64,000 bases of DNA from Geminicoccus sp. (GTDB taxonomy: Bacteria; Pseudomonadota; Alphaproteobacteria; UBA7985): NCBI GenBank assembly GCA_002708995.1, contig PAPT01000032.1, forward strand, positions 100,039 through 164,038, given 5' to 3'. Positions 9,693 through 18,393 of the stretch are shown here, piece by piece. The notes below the pieces were generated by a model, which did no database searches, was not told the origin of the DNA, and saw only the letters and a list, made by a program, of their open reading frames with translations. Every line of letters begins with the position of its first letter. Position 1 is the stretch's first letter. The position numbers and the translations under genes are program-made.

Positions 9693-10265
9693 CTAGTCGC
9701 GTGAGGCGCCGGGAACCCAGAGCACGTCCGACTTGCCGTCGTCGTTGCAGATCCGCGCCAGCACGAACATCAGGTCCGAGAGCCGGTTGAGGTAGCGGAT
9801 GGCCTCGGGGTTGATATCGACTTTATCGCCCAGTTCAACCGTCAGCCGTTCGGCGCGGCGGACCACGGTGCGGCTCAGGTGGAACTGCGTCGCCGCCGCG
9901 CTGCCACCGGGCAGGATGAACGACGTCAGCGGCTGCAGGCGCGCGTTGTAGCGGTCGATATCGGCTTCCAGCTTCTCGACTTGCCCCTCGGTCACGCGCA
10001 GCGGTTCGAAGGACAGCTCGGCATCCAGCGGCGTGGCCAGATCGGCCCCCAGATCGAACATGTCGTTCTGGAGGCGGGCAATAATCTTGTCGATGTTGGG
10101 CCAGTCGCCGAGCGTCAGCCGCACCATGCCGAGGACGGCGTTGGCCTCGTCCACCGTGCCGTAGGCTTCGACCCGCAGGTCGTACTTCGCAACCCGTGTG
10201 CCAGTGGACAGGCTGGTTTTGCCCTTGTCGCCGCCCTTCGTGTAGATGCGCGTCAGTTCGACCAC
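9693..10265 (-). CDS. pduO: Cob(I)alamin adenosyltransferase, PduO type
   Basis: IYTKGGDKGKT, EAYGTVDEAN, RTVVRRAER, YLNRLSD. Confidence 0.93.
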   Translation of the reverse strand: MVELTRIYTKGGDKGKTSLSTGTRVAKYDLRVEAYGTVDEANAVLGMVRLTLGDWPNIDKIIARLQNDMFDLGADLATPLDAELSFEPLRVTEGQVEKLEADIDRYNARLQPLTSFILPGGSAAATQFHLSRTVVRRAERLTVELGDKVDINPEAIRYLNRLSDLMFVLARICNDDGKSDVLWVPGASRD

Positions 10266-10267
10266 GG

Positions 10268-10471
10268 TCAGTTACCCATGCCGCCGGTCAGGAACAGCAG
10301 CACCAGCGAGAGCACAGTCCCGCCCTGGCACACCGTCCGGGCCCGCATCAGCAGATTGCCGTATTTGTCGTTGAAGCTCCCGCCGCGGCCCATCGCAAAG
10401 GCCCCGACCAGCATGGTGACCAGCGTTCCGATCAGGAAGACACCGGTCAGAATCAGAAATATCGTGTTCAT
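10268..10471 (-). CDS. HIG1-domain twin-transmembrane small protein
   Basis: 67 aa, two TMs, N..GNLLMRAR...Q motif, directly upstream of pduO as is usual in alphaproteobacteria. Confidence 0.85.
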   Translation of the reverse strand: MNTIFLILTGVFLIGTLVTMLVGAFAMGRGGSFNDKYGNLLMRARTVCQGGTVLSLVLLFLTGGMGN

Positions 10472-10615
10472 AGCGACTCAAGTGGTGCGTGCAGGCGGAA
10501 AGTCAGCCATCGGCGGCAAAGAAAGTCCAATACAGGGAACATCGACCCCGCAGCCGAGACCTTCTTGGCAGATTTTGCGACACAAGAGGGGTGTTGGCGG
10601 CGGCGCCATCCGGTG

Positions 10616-11230
10616 TCATTGGCCGACGGGAACGGCGGTAAAGCTGTCATAGTGATCGACCGTGATCCAGATCGCCCCTTCGCCGGTCCGGCGGCGGTCA
10701 TAGACGATGCGCGCGGCGCCCCGGTAGCCCTCGACATAATCGAGGTCGACGACGGCGTAGCTGTTTGCTGACCGGGTCGGGAGCAGGCCCTCACGATTGC
10801 CGAAGGTATCGCCGCCAACCGCACCGTTGGGGTCAATGTCGTCTATGGTCCGTCCCGAGGACTTCCAGCCCCGATCCCGCGCCTGCGCTTTGGTCATGTA
10901 GCAATCGGGCAGCCGTCCGGCGTGCTGCAGGAAGGTCGTCACCTGCGCAAAGGCAAAGGGGTAGGTCAGGCACTGCTGCAGACCGAAGGCGGTGCGGGCC
11001 TCCACCAGAGCGCCTTCAAGATCGAGATCGTGGCCGCAGACCTCGGCCTCGGCGGCGGCCTGCTCCAGCGCTGCGAGGTCGAGCGCTGCCAGATCCAGCG
11101 GGGCCTGCACAGCGCCTTCAGGCAGGAACGCCGGGCGCAGGACCAGCACCACGAACCCGGCAACCGCCGCCAGCAGCAGGCCACCGCCGAGCAGGCTGAT
11201 CAGTCGTTGCGGCAGGGGTCGGTTCAGCAT
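10616..11230 (-). CDS. Membrane-anchored barnase-family (RNase N1/T1-like) protein
   Basis: RLPDCYMTKAQARDRGW...GGDTFGNREGLLP...GYRGAARIVY...TVDHYDSF matches barnase KLPDNYITKSEAQALGW...GGDIFSNREGKLP...GFRNSDRILY...TTDHYQTF. N-terminal TM; start placed at ATG 11230. Confidence 0.88.
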   Translation of the reverse strand: MLNRPLPQRLISLLGGGLLLAAVAGFVVLVLRPAFLPEGAVQAPLDLAALDLAALEQAAAEAEVCGHDLDLEGALVEARTAFGLQQCLTYPFAFAQVTTFLQHAGRLPDCYMTKAQARDRGWKSSGRTIDDIDPNGAVGGDTFGNREGLLPTRSANSYAVVDLDYVEGYRGAARIVYDRRRTGEGAIWITVDHYDSFTAVPVGQ

Positions 11231-11326
11231 CTGGCAGTTCTCCTGTGACGAAAACCGTGTTTTCCTGAGCCCATTCAGGGCCATGGGCGCGCCGGATTGC
11301 GGGCCTCGACCCTGCGTTTGTATCGG

Positions 11327-12592
11327 ATGACGATGATGGATCAACTGCCTGTTTCGCCGCTCAAGCCTGCTGATATGCCCGCCCTGCCGGTCCTGAAAGG
11401 ACTGCGGGTTGCGACCGGAAACTCTGGGACCCGTTACCGGGGTCGGGCAGATGTGACCCTGATCGTGCTGCCGGACCAGACCTCGGCGGCGGGGGTGTTC
11501 ACCCGCTCCAAGTGCCCGAGCGCGCCGGTGGACTGGTGCCGCTCGGTGCTGCAGGGCGGTGCGCCGTCTGCCGGTCCTGCTGCCAGCAACACGGTCCGGG
11601 CGCTGCTGATCAACGCCGGTAACGCCAATGCCTTCACCGGTGCGGTCGGGGCGCACGCCTGCGCCCATACCGCCGCTGCCGTGGCCGGGGCGCTGGGCTG
11701 TGCGCCTGAAACCGTGCTGCTGTCCTCAACCGGGGTGATCGGCGAGCCGCTGGAAGCCGAAGCCCTCGGTACTGCCGCAGTCCGACTGGCCGAGGACGCC
11801 GCAGAAGCCTCGCTGGAGGCCGCCGCCGCCGCCATCGCAACCACCGATACCTTCGCCAAATGGGCGCAGGCCGAAGCCGCCTGTTCCAGTGACAGGGCTG
11901 TGTCCGTGGTCGGCATCGCCAAGGGGTCGGGCATGATCGCCCCGGATATGGCGACCATGCTCGGTTATGTTTTCATCGATGCGGCGGTCGAAGCCAGCTG
12001 GCTGCAAGGCGTTCTGAGCCGTGCTGCCGACCAGACCTTCAACGCAATGACCGTCGACAGCGATACCTCGACCAGCGACACCGTTCTCGCCTTTGGGCTG
12101 GGTAGCGGCGCTGCCGTCAGCACGGACGCCGACCTGCAGGCGGTCGAAGCCGCTATCTTCATCGTCTGCGACCAGCTCGCCGAGCAAATTGCCCGCGACG
12201 GCGAGGGCGCCAGCAAGCTGATCACCATCACCGTTGAGGGCGCGGAAAACGACGCTGCTGCGCGCACCATCGGGCTGTCGATCGCCAACTCGCCGCTTGT
12301 CAAAACCGCGATTGCCGGTGAAGACGCCAACTGGGGCCGCGTGGTCATGGCCGTGGGCAAGGCAGGTGAGGCCGCCGACCGCGACCGGCTCGCCATCTGG
12401 TTCGGCCCGCATCAGGTCGCGAGCGGGGGCCTGCGCGACCCCGGTTACAGCGAGGAAGCAGTCTCGGGTTACATGACCGCTGCGGAAATCGATATTCGCG
12501 TCGACCTCGGGCTGGGTGACGGCACGGCTCGGGTGCGCACCTGCGACCTGACCCACGGCTATATCAGCATCAACGCGGACTATCGGTCATGA
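11327..12592 (+). CDS. argJ: Ornithine acetyltransferase ArgJ
   Basis: AGVFT, NAGNANAFTG, SSTGVIG, AKGSGMIAPDMATML autocleavage motif, DGEGA, INADYRS. Confidence 0.96.
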   Translation: MTMMDQLPVSPLKPADMPALPVLKGLRVATGNSGTRYRGRADVTLIVLPDQTSAAGVFTRSKCPSAPVDWCRSVLQGGAPSAGPAASNTVRALLINAGNANAFTGAVGAHACAHTAAAVAGALGCAPETVLLSSTGVIGEPLEAEALGTAAVRLAEDAAEASLEAAAAAIATTDTFAKWAQAEAACSSDRAVSVVGIAKGSGMIAPDMATMLGYVFIDAAVEASWLQGVLSRAADQTFNAMTVDSDTSTSDTVLAFGLGSGAAVSTDADLQAVEAAIFIVCDQLAEQIARDGEGASKLITITVEGAENDAAARTIGLSIANSPLVKTAIAGEDANWGRVVMAVGKAGEAADRDRLAIWFGPHQVASGGLRDPGYSEEAVSGYMTAAEIDIRVDLGLGDGTARVRTCDLTHGYISINADYRS

Positions 12593-13617
12593 CCGCCAAC
12601 CGTGGTTGTGGCTGGTTCCCCGAAACCAGCGACCAGATGACGTTTCGCACGCCCAACCTGCGGCTCGAACCGCTCGCTGAACAGCATCTGGCCTTCGTGC
12701 AGGCCGAGGCCGCGAAGTGGGAAGTGGCGCAGCGGCTCTCAAGCGTGCCGCACCCCTACCCGGATGACGGCGCTGCAGACTATCTGGCGCGCGTGCAAGC
12801 TCATGTCGCGGCCCGAGAACAGGTCAGCTGGGTGGTTGCAGACCGAGCGACCGGCACCGATCTCGGCGTAATTACGCTTCGGTTTTTCGATGTCGACGAT
12901 CAGCCGTGCTGGGAGCTTGGATACTGGTACGCCCCCTCGGCCTGGGGTCGGGGTGTGGCGACCGAGGCGGCCTCCCACGTGCTCACCTTCGCCTTCCGCT
13001 TCATGGAGGTTGAGACGGTGACCAGTGGCGTGCCCCTCGATAATCTGGCGTCGCGCCGCGTGCTGGATAAGGTGGGGTTCGAGGGCTGGACCGAGGACAG
13101 CATCGAGACCGCGCACAGTGGCCGGCAGCCGCACCTTGCAACCCGCATGACCCGTGCTCAGTTCGAAGAGTTTCTATTCAGCGGGGGCTGCACCGCCCAA
13201 CCGCAGCTGGAGCGTTCGGTGCCGGTGGTCTGGGTCGCCGCCGCCGCCCTGTTCGACGCAGCCGACCGCGTGCTGGTCGCCCAGCGCCCGGCGGGCAAGT
13301 CGCTTGCGGGTCTGTGGGAGTTCCCCGGCGGCAAAATCGAGGCGCTTGAGTCCCCGGAAACCGCGCTGATCCGGGAGCTAAAAGAAGAGCTGGGCATCGA
13401 CGTCGGCGAAGGCTGTCTGGCGCCGCTGACCTTCGCCAGCCACGCCTATCCCAACTTTCACCTGATGATGCCGCTCTATGCGATCAACAAGTGGCAGGGC
13501 GAGCCCAAGGGTCAGGAAGGGCAGGCGCTGAAGTGGGTCACCAAGGCCGAGCTGCGCGAACTGCCCATGCCGCCGGCTGACGCGCCACTGTTGCCGGCGG
13601 TGCTGGACTGGATGTAG
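12589..13617 (+). CDS. mutT: Fused RimJ/RimL-type GNAT acetyltransferase and MutT (8-oxo-dGTPase) Nudix hydrolase
   Basis: N-terminal ELGYW...WGRGVATEA...NLASRRVLDKVGF; C-terminal Nudix box GLWEFPGGKIEALESPETALIRELKEELG. Confidence 0.88.
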   Translation: MTANRGCGWFPETSDQMTFRTPNLRLEPLAEQHLAFVQAEAAKWEVAQRLSSVPHPYPDDGAADYLARVQAHVAAREQVSWVVADRATGTDLGVITLRFFDVDDQPCWELGYWYAPSAWGRGVATEAASHVLTFAFRFMEVETVTSGVPLDNLASRRVLDKVGFEGWTEDSIETAHSGRQPHLATRMTRAQFEEFLFSGGCTAQPQLERSVPVVWVAAAALFDAADRVLVAQRPAGKSLAGLWEFPGGKIEALESPETALIRELKEELGIDVGEGCLAPLTFASHAYPNFHLMMPLYAINKWQGEPKGQEGQALKWVTKAELRELPMPPADAPLLPAVLDWM

Positions 13618-13649
13618 CCCGCGAACCACCGACCACCGCGGGGGCCGGC

Positions 13650-14438
13650 TCAGTAGGAAGACGTGTCGATCTTCGCGGCCCCGCCCTTGATCTCCGCGAC
13701 AATGGCGGTGGCGGCGTTGCGCAGGATCCCGGCGTCTGACTGCACGGTGACGAACTGGAAACCCATTTCGATCATCCGCACCGCGTAAGGGGCGGTGCCG
13801 TTGTGCAGGCCCACCGGCTTTCCGGCGGCGCGGCAGGCGGCGATGATCTTCTCGAAGGCCTTGAGCACCACCTCGTTTTCCGTGTCCAGCCGGGGGCGCT
13901 GCCCCAGCGCGTTGGCAAGATCGTTGGGGCCGACGTAGATGGCGTCGATGCCCTCGGTGCCGACGATTTCCTCGACCCGATCGAGGCCTTCCGAGGTCTC
14001 GACCATGGCCATACGGATGATCTCGTCGTTGGCCTTGTCGGTGTAGTCGCTGCCGCCGTAGATCGAGGCGCGGATGGGCCCGAACGAGCGCGTGCCCAGC
14101 GGCGGGTAGGAGGCGTAGTGCACGAACTGGCGGGCGTCCTCGCCGTTGTTGATCATGGGGCAGATGACGCCGTAGGCGCCGGCGTCCAGCACCTTCATGA
14201 TCATGCCGGCATCCAGCCACGGGGCACGCACGAAGGGCACCACGTCGGTGGTCGAAATCGCCTGAAACTGCGAAACCGCAATCTGGTAGTCCATCAGCCC
14301 GTGCTGCATGTCGACAGTGATGCTGTCCCAGCCGCAGTGCGCCATGACCTCGGCCGTAAAGGCGGCGGGCGTCGCCAGCCAGCCGTTTGCGACTACGCCA
14401 CCCGATTTCCAGATTTCCCGAATTTTGTTGGGCCGCAT
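13650..14438 (-). CDS. HpcH/HpaI aldolase family protein
   Basis: VDMQHG, KVLDAGAYGVICPM, YPPLGTRSFG, MVET, YVGPNDL. Confidence 0.9.
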   Translation of the reverse strand: MRPNKIREIWKSGGVVANGWLATPAAFTAEVMAHCGWDSITVDMQHGLMDYQIAVSQFQAISTTDVVPFVRAPWLDAGMIMKVLDAGAYGVICPMINNGEDARQFVHYASYPPLGTRSFGPIRASIYGGSDYTDKANDEIIRMAMVETSEGLDRVEEIVGTEGIDAIYVGPNDLANALGQRPRLDTENEVVLKAFEKIIAACRAAGKPVGLHNGTAPYAVRMIEMGFQFVTVQSDAGILRNAATAIVAEIKGGAAKIDTSSY

Positions 14439-14598
14439 GGGCCTGTCCTCCTGCACCTGTTCGGGCGCGAGTTTAGCCAGCCCACGCTGCTTGTCGATCA
14501 CCCTCAGCAGCTCGGACTTGCTTTTTTTGACCTAGGATTGGCCAAAGCCGACCCCTACAAGGGCTTCAACAGGGAATATCACGAGCAATCGGACCAGC

Positions 14599-15369
14599 AT
14601 GACGGCCACGACGGCATATCGCACCGTGTTCATTTCGGACACGCATCTGGGCATGACAGGGGTTCGCAGCGCAACGCTGCTGACGTTCCTGCATGGCCTC
14701 TCGTGCAAGACGCTGTATCTGGTCGGCGACATCGTCGACGGCTGGGCGCTGCAGCGGCACTGGGTCTGGACCGAGACCGATGATCAGGTGCTGGAGACCA
14801 TCTTTGCGCAGGTCGCGAGGGGCACACGCGTGGTCTACATCCCCGGCAACCATGACGACATGGTGCGCGCGGTGCTACCGGTCGAACGCTTTGCGGGGAT
14901 CGAACTGCGGATCAATGACACCCTCACGCTGGCGGATGGTCGTCGGTTCTACGTCACCCATGGTGATCAGTTCGATGCCGTCACCAACAATATGACCTGG
15001 CTGTCGAAGTTTGGGCATCTCATCTACGAATACTACACCGCCGGGATGCGGCAGGTCGCTCGGGTGCCGGGCTTGGGCTGGGCCAACAATCTGCCCGCGC
15101 AGGCCAAGAGCCTGTCCAAGCGGATCTTCCAGCCCCAGGGCGCCTTCGAACGCGGCCTGCGTCGGGAGGCTGCCGAACGCAACGCCGTCGGCGCGATCGC
15201 CGGGCATATTCACCGTCCCGCCCTGAACACAAAGGGCGGCTTTACCTACGCCAATTGCGGGGACTGGGTTGAGTCCTGCACGGCGCTGGTCGAGGACGCG
15301 GATGGGCAACTGAGCCTGCTGTACTGGTCCGATGAGGGCCTGCTTGAACAAAAGGAGCGCGTCGGCTGA
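14599..15369 (+). CDS. plcP: Metallophosphoesterase, LpxH2/PlcP-like phospholipase C
   Basis: FISDTHLG, LVGDIVDGW, PGNHD, HGDQFD, GHIH, NCGDWVE; coupled to a GT4 gene. Confidence 0.75.
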   Translation: MTATTAYRTVFISDTHLGMTGVRSATLLTFLHGLSCKTLYLVGDIVDGWALQRHWVWTETDDQVLETIFAQVARGTRVVYIPGNHDDMVRAVLPVERFAGIELRINDTLTLADGRRFYVTHGDQFDAVTNNMTWLSKFGHLIYEYYTAGMRQVARVPGLGWANNLPAQAKSLSKRIFQPQGAFERGLRREAAERNAVGAIAGHIHRPALNTKGGFTYANCGDWVESCTALVEDADGQLSLLYWSDEGLLEQKERVG

Positions 15370-16412
15370 TGCACATTCTTCTGGTGAGCGATGCCTGGCA
15401 TCCGCAGATCAACGGCGTGGTTCGGACCCTCGACACCACCCGGGCCATCGTCGAGGACAAGGGCCACACCTTCAGCCGCATCACCCCGGACCAGTTCCGG
15501 ATCAATATGCCCATGCCGATGTACAAGGAAATCGGGCTGGCGCTGTTCTGGCCGGGTGCTGTCAGCCGCCGGATCAAGGCGATTATCCGGGAAAACGGCG
15601 CGATCGACGCCATCCACGTGGCCACCGAAGGCCCGCTGGGCATGGCCGCGCGGGCCTTCTGCCAGCGCAACAAGATCCCCTTCACCACCTCCTTCCACAC
15701 CAAGCTCGCCGAGTACATCAACGAGCGCACTGGCATTCCCGCACGCTGGCTCTGGCGCTGGCTAGAGTGGTTTCACCGCCCTGCGCAGCGGGTGCTTGTG
15801 ACCAATCAGGGCATGGCGGACGAGCTGGCCGGTTTCGGCATCAAGCACACCCACCTATGGCCGCGCGGGGTCGATCTGGAGCTGTTCCACCCGTCCAAGA
15901 AGCCGTCGACGCACGTCGCGGACCTGCAGCGCCCAGTGTTCGTCTATGTCGGCCGGGTCGCGGTGGAGAAGAATATCGAGAGCTTCCTGCAGCTCGACCT
16001 GCCGGGGACGAAAATGATCGTAGGCTCCGGGCCATCCTATGATTCGCTTAAGGCCAAGTACACCGACGCCGTTTTCACCGGCCCGCTGCACGGTGACGAG
16101 CTTGCCGGGGCCTACGCGGACTCGGACGTGTTCGTGTTTCCTTCGAAAACCGATACCTTCGGCCTGGTCCTGCTGGAGGCCTGCGCGGCCGGAACGCCCG
16201 TCGCAGCTTTTCCGGTCACCGGCCCGAAGGATGTGATCACCGACCCTGCGGTCGGCACGCTGAGCGAGGATTTGCAGGCAGCCTGCCTGCGGTCGCTGGA
16301 GCTGTCATCGGAAGCAGCGCGGACCTATGCGGAAGGCTTCTCGTGGGATGCCGCGACCCAGACCTTCCTCGACGCCCTCGAGCGGACCTCGGTGACCGGC
16401 AACGAAGACTGA
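15369..16412 (+). CDS. GT4 glycosyltransferase (Agt-like glycolipid synthase)
   Basis: SDAWHPQINGVVRTL, HVATEGPLG, YVGRVAVEKN, FPSKTDTFGLVLLEA. Confidence 0.85.
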   Translation: MHILLVSDAWHPQINGVVRTLDTTRAIVEDKGHTFSRITPDQFRINMPMPMYKEIGLALFWPGAVSRRIKAIIRENGAIDAIHVATEGPLGMAARAFCQRNKIPFTTSFHTKLAEYINERTGIPARWLWRWLEWFHRPAQRVLVTNQGMADELAGFGIKHTHLWPRGVDLELFHPSKKPSTHVADLQRPVFVYVGRVAVEKNIESFLQLDLPGTKMIVGSGPSYDSLKAKYTDAVFTGPLHGDELAGAYADSDVFVFPSKTDTFGLVLLEACAAGTPVAAFPVTGPKDVITDPAVGTLSEDLQAACLRSLELSSEAARTYAEGFSWDAATQTFLDALERTSVTGNED

Positions 16413-16482
16413 GGGTCTCAGCCTCGTCGCCGGTGTGACTGACGGAGATGGAGGGTCAGTCAGACTCTCGTGGCCGCCCTGA

Positions 16483-16749
16483 TCAGCCGAGCAGGATGGT
16501 GCGGCGGTCCATGCGGTGGGCCACTTCTGCAATCTCGTAGCGAACCTGAGCATTGCCCGTGGACTGGAACGACAGCGCGCGCCACTTGCTCATAGCCTCA
16601 TCGTGGGACCGGAACGGCCCGTGGATCTGGTTGGAGCGGGTCAGGACTTCCTCGAACGAGGTGTCGGTGAATTCACCGCCGATCACGTAGAAAAAGGTCT
16701 TTTCGGTCTGAGCCTCGGGTTGAGGCCGGTTTGCAGCGGGTGCTTGCAT
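16483..16749 (-). CDS. DUF4170-like small protein
   Basis: FYVIGGEFTDTSF...GPFRSHDEAMSKWRALS...RY pattern. Confidence 0.75.
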   Translation of the reverse strand: MQAPAANRPQPEAQTEKTFFYVIGGEFTDTSFEEVLTRSNQIHGPFRSHDEAMSKWRALSFQSTGNAQVRYEIAEVAHRMDRRTILLG

Positions 16750-16825
16750 GGTCTGGTCTCCAGTACTCACAGGATGGGGCCAAGAGCCCAACCCAGAAGG
16801 ATCGGGCAGGGCGAGGCGGGGGTAA

Positions 16826-18151
16826 TCAGGACGCTGCGGCGCGGACGTTGAACTGCTCTTCCTCGGTCGAGCCGGTCAGCGCGGTCACCGAGGAGGTGCC
16901 GCCCTGGATCGTCGTGGTAACATCGTCGAAGTAACCGGCGCCGACTTCCTGCTGGTGCGAAACGAAGGTGTAGCCCCGATCCGCGTCGGCAAATTCCTGC
17001 TCCTGCAGCTCGACGTAGGCCGACATGCCGCGAGCGGCGTAGTCGTTGGCCAGCCGGAACATCGAATTCCACATGGCGTGGATGCCGGCGAGCGTGATGA
17101 ACTGGTAGCGGTAGCCCATGGCCGCCAGCTCGGTCTGGAACTTGGCAATGGTGGCGTCGTCGAGGTTACGCTTCCAGTTGAAGGACGGCGAGCAATTATA
17201 GGACAGCAGCTGGTCCGGATATTCCTTCTTGATCGCCTCGGCAAAGCGGCGCGCTTCGTCGAGGTCGGGCGTCGCCGTCTCACACCAGATCAAGTCGGCA
17301 TAGGGGGCGTAGGCGAGGCCGCGGGCAATCGCCTGATCCAGCCCGGGGTTGGTGACGAAGAAGCCCTCAGACGTTCGCTCGCCGGTGACGAAGGGTGCGT
17401 CGGAGGGGTCAACGTCGGAGGTGATCAGGTTGGCGGCATTGGCGTCCGTCCGCGCCAGAATGATCGTGCCCGTTCCCAGCACGTCGGAGGCAAGACGCGC
17501 CGAGATCAGCTTTTGCACGGCTTCCTGGGTTGGAACGAGCACCTTGCCGCCCATGTGACCGCACTTCTTTACCGACGCCAGCTGGTCCTCGAAGTGGACC
17601 CCGGCAGCGCCAGCGGAAATCAGGCCCTTGGCCAGCTCGAAGGCATTGAGGACGCCGCCAAAGCCAGCTTCGGCGTCGGCAACAATCGGCAGGAAGTAGT
17701 CGATCCCGCCCTCTTCTTCGGGGCTCATGCCCTTGGCCCATTGAATTTCATCGGCGCGGATGAAGGCGTTGTTGATGCGCTCGACCACGGCCGGAACCGA
17801 GTTCACCGGGTACAGCGACTGGTCGGGGTACATGGTCGGCGCGGTGTTGGCGTCGGCGGCAACCTGCCAGCCGGAAAGATAAATGGCTTCGATGCCCGCC
17901 TTGGCCTGCTGTACCGCCTGACCGCCGGTCAGGGCGCCAAGGCAGCGGACGGCCTGATCATCACCATCGCGGTTGACCATGTCCCAGAGCTTCCGGGCGC
18001 CGTTGCAGGCGAGGGTGTTTTCGCGCCGAACCGACCCGCGCAGCCGCACCACGTCTTCGGCGGTGTAACCGCGTTTGACGTTGGCCCATCGCGGGTTGGA
18101 GGCCCAATCCTGCTGGAGGTCGGTGATCTGCTGCTGGCGGGTCGTGCTCAT
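16826..18151 (-). CDS. aceA: Isocitrate lyase
   Basis: KKCGHMGGK catalytic motif, [22 protein letters not shown]-terminal GSTEEEQF. Confidence 0.97.
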   Translation of the reverse strand: MSTTRQQQITDLQQDWASNPRWANVKRGYTAEDVVRLRGSVRRENTLACNGARKLWDMVNRDGDDQAVRCLGALTGGQAVQQAKAGIEAIYLSGWQVAADANTAPTMYPDQSLYPVNSVPAVVERINNAFIRADEIQWAKGMSPEEEGGIDYFLPIVADAEAGFGGVLNAFELAKGLISAGAAGVHFEDQLASVKKCGHMGGKVLVPTQEAVQKLISARLASDVLGTGTIILARTDANAANLITSDVDPSDAPFVTGERTSEGFFVTNPGLDQAIARGLAYAPYADLIWCETATPDLDEARRFAEAIKKEYPDQLLSYNCSPSFNWKRNLDDATIAKFQTELAAMGYRYQFITLAGIHAMWNSMFRLANDYAARGMSAYVELQEQEFADADRGYTFVSHQQEVGAGYFDDVTTTIQGGTSSVTALTGSTEEEQFNVRAAAS

Positions 18152-18329
18152 GATGCGTTTCCTGTGTCTGGGTCGCGGTAATCAGGCTCGTGGATCTTGA
18201 TCGACATGAAGGTCGGATTGAGGGGCAAAGTGTGGCGGGGGTCTGAGCCCCGGTCCGCGGCGGTCCCGCGTTTATTCCGCCACCATAGTGCCAAGGCAGG
18301 GTGCGACCGTCAGGCGTGGTTGAGTATGA

Positions 18330-18345
18330 TTGTAAAGATTTACAA
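18330..18345. promoter_or_regulatory. Palindromic operator candidate between aceA and the RamB/ScfR regulator
   Basis: TTGTAAA-GA-TTTACAA, perfect 7-bp arms in the AT-rich divergent promoter. Confidence 0.55.
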
Positions 18346-18393
18346 ACAAATATTGTGAATGCATGTTAAGAATTATCTATTCGGGGCGGAGCC

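Noticed and set aside
16955..18181. 408-aa ORF antisense to aceA (likewise 24729-25823, 41139-42815, 45196-46521, 54318-55604)
   Set aside because: Typical stop-poor reverse frames of high-GC3 genes; no independent motifs.
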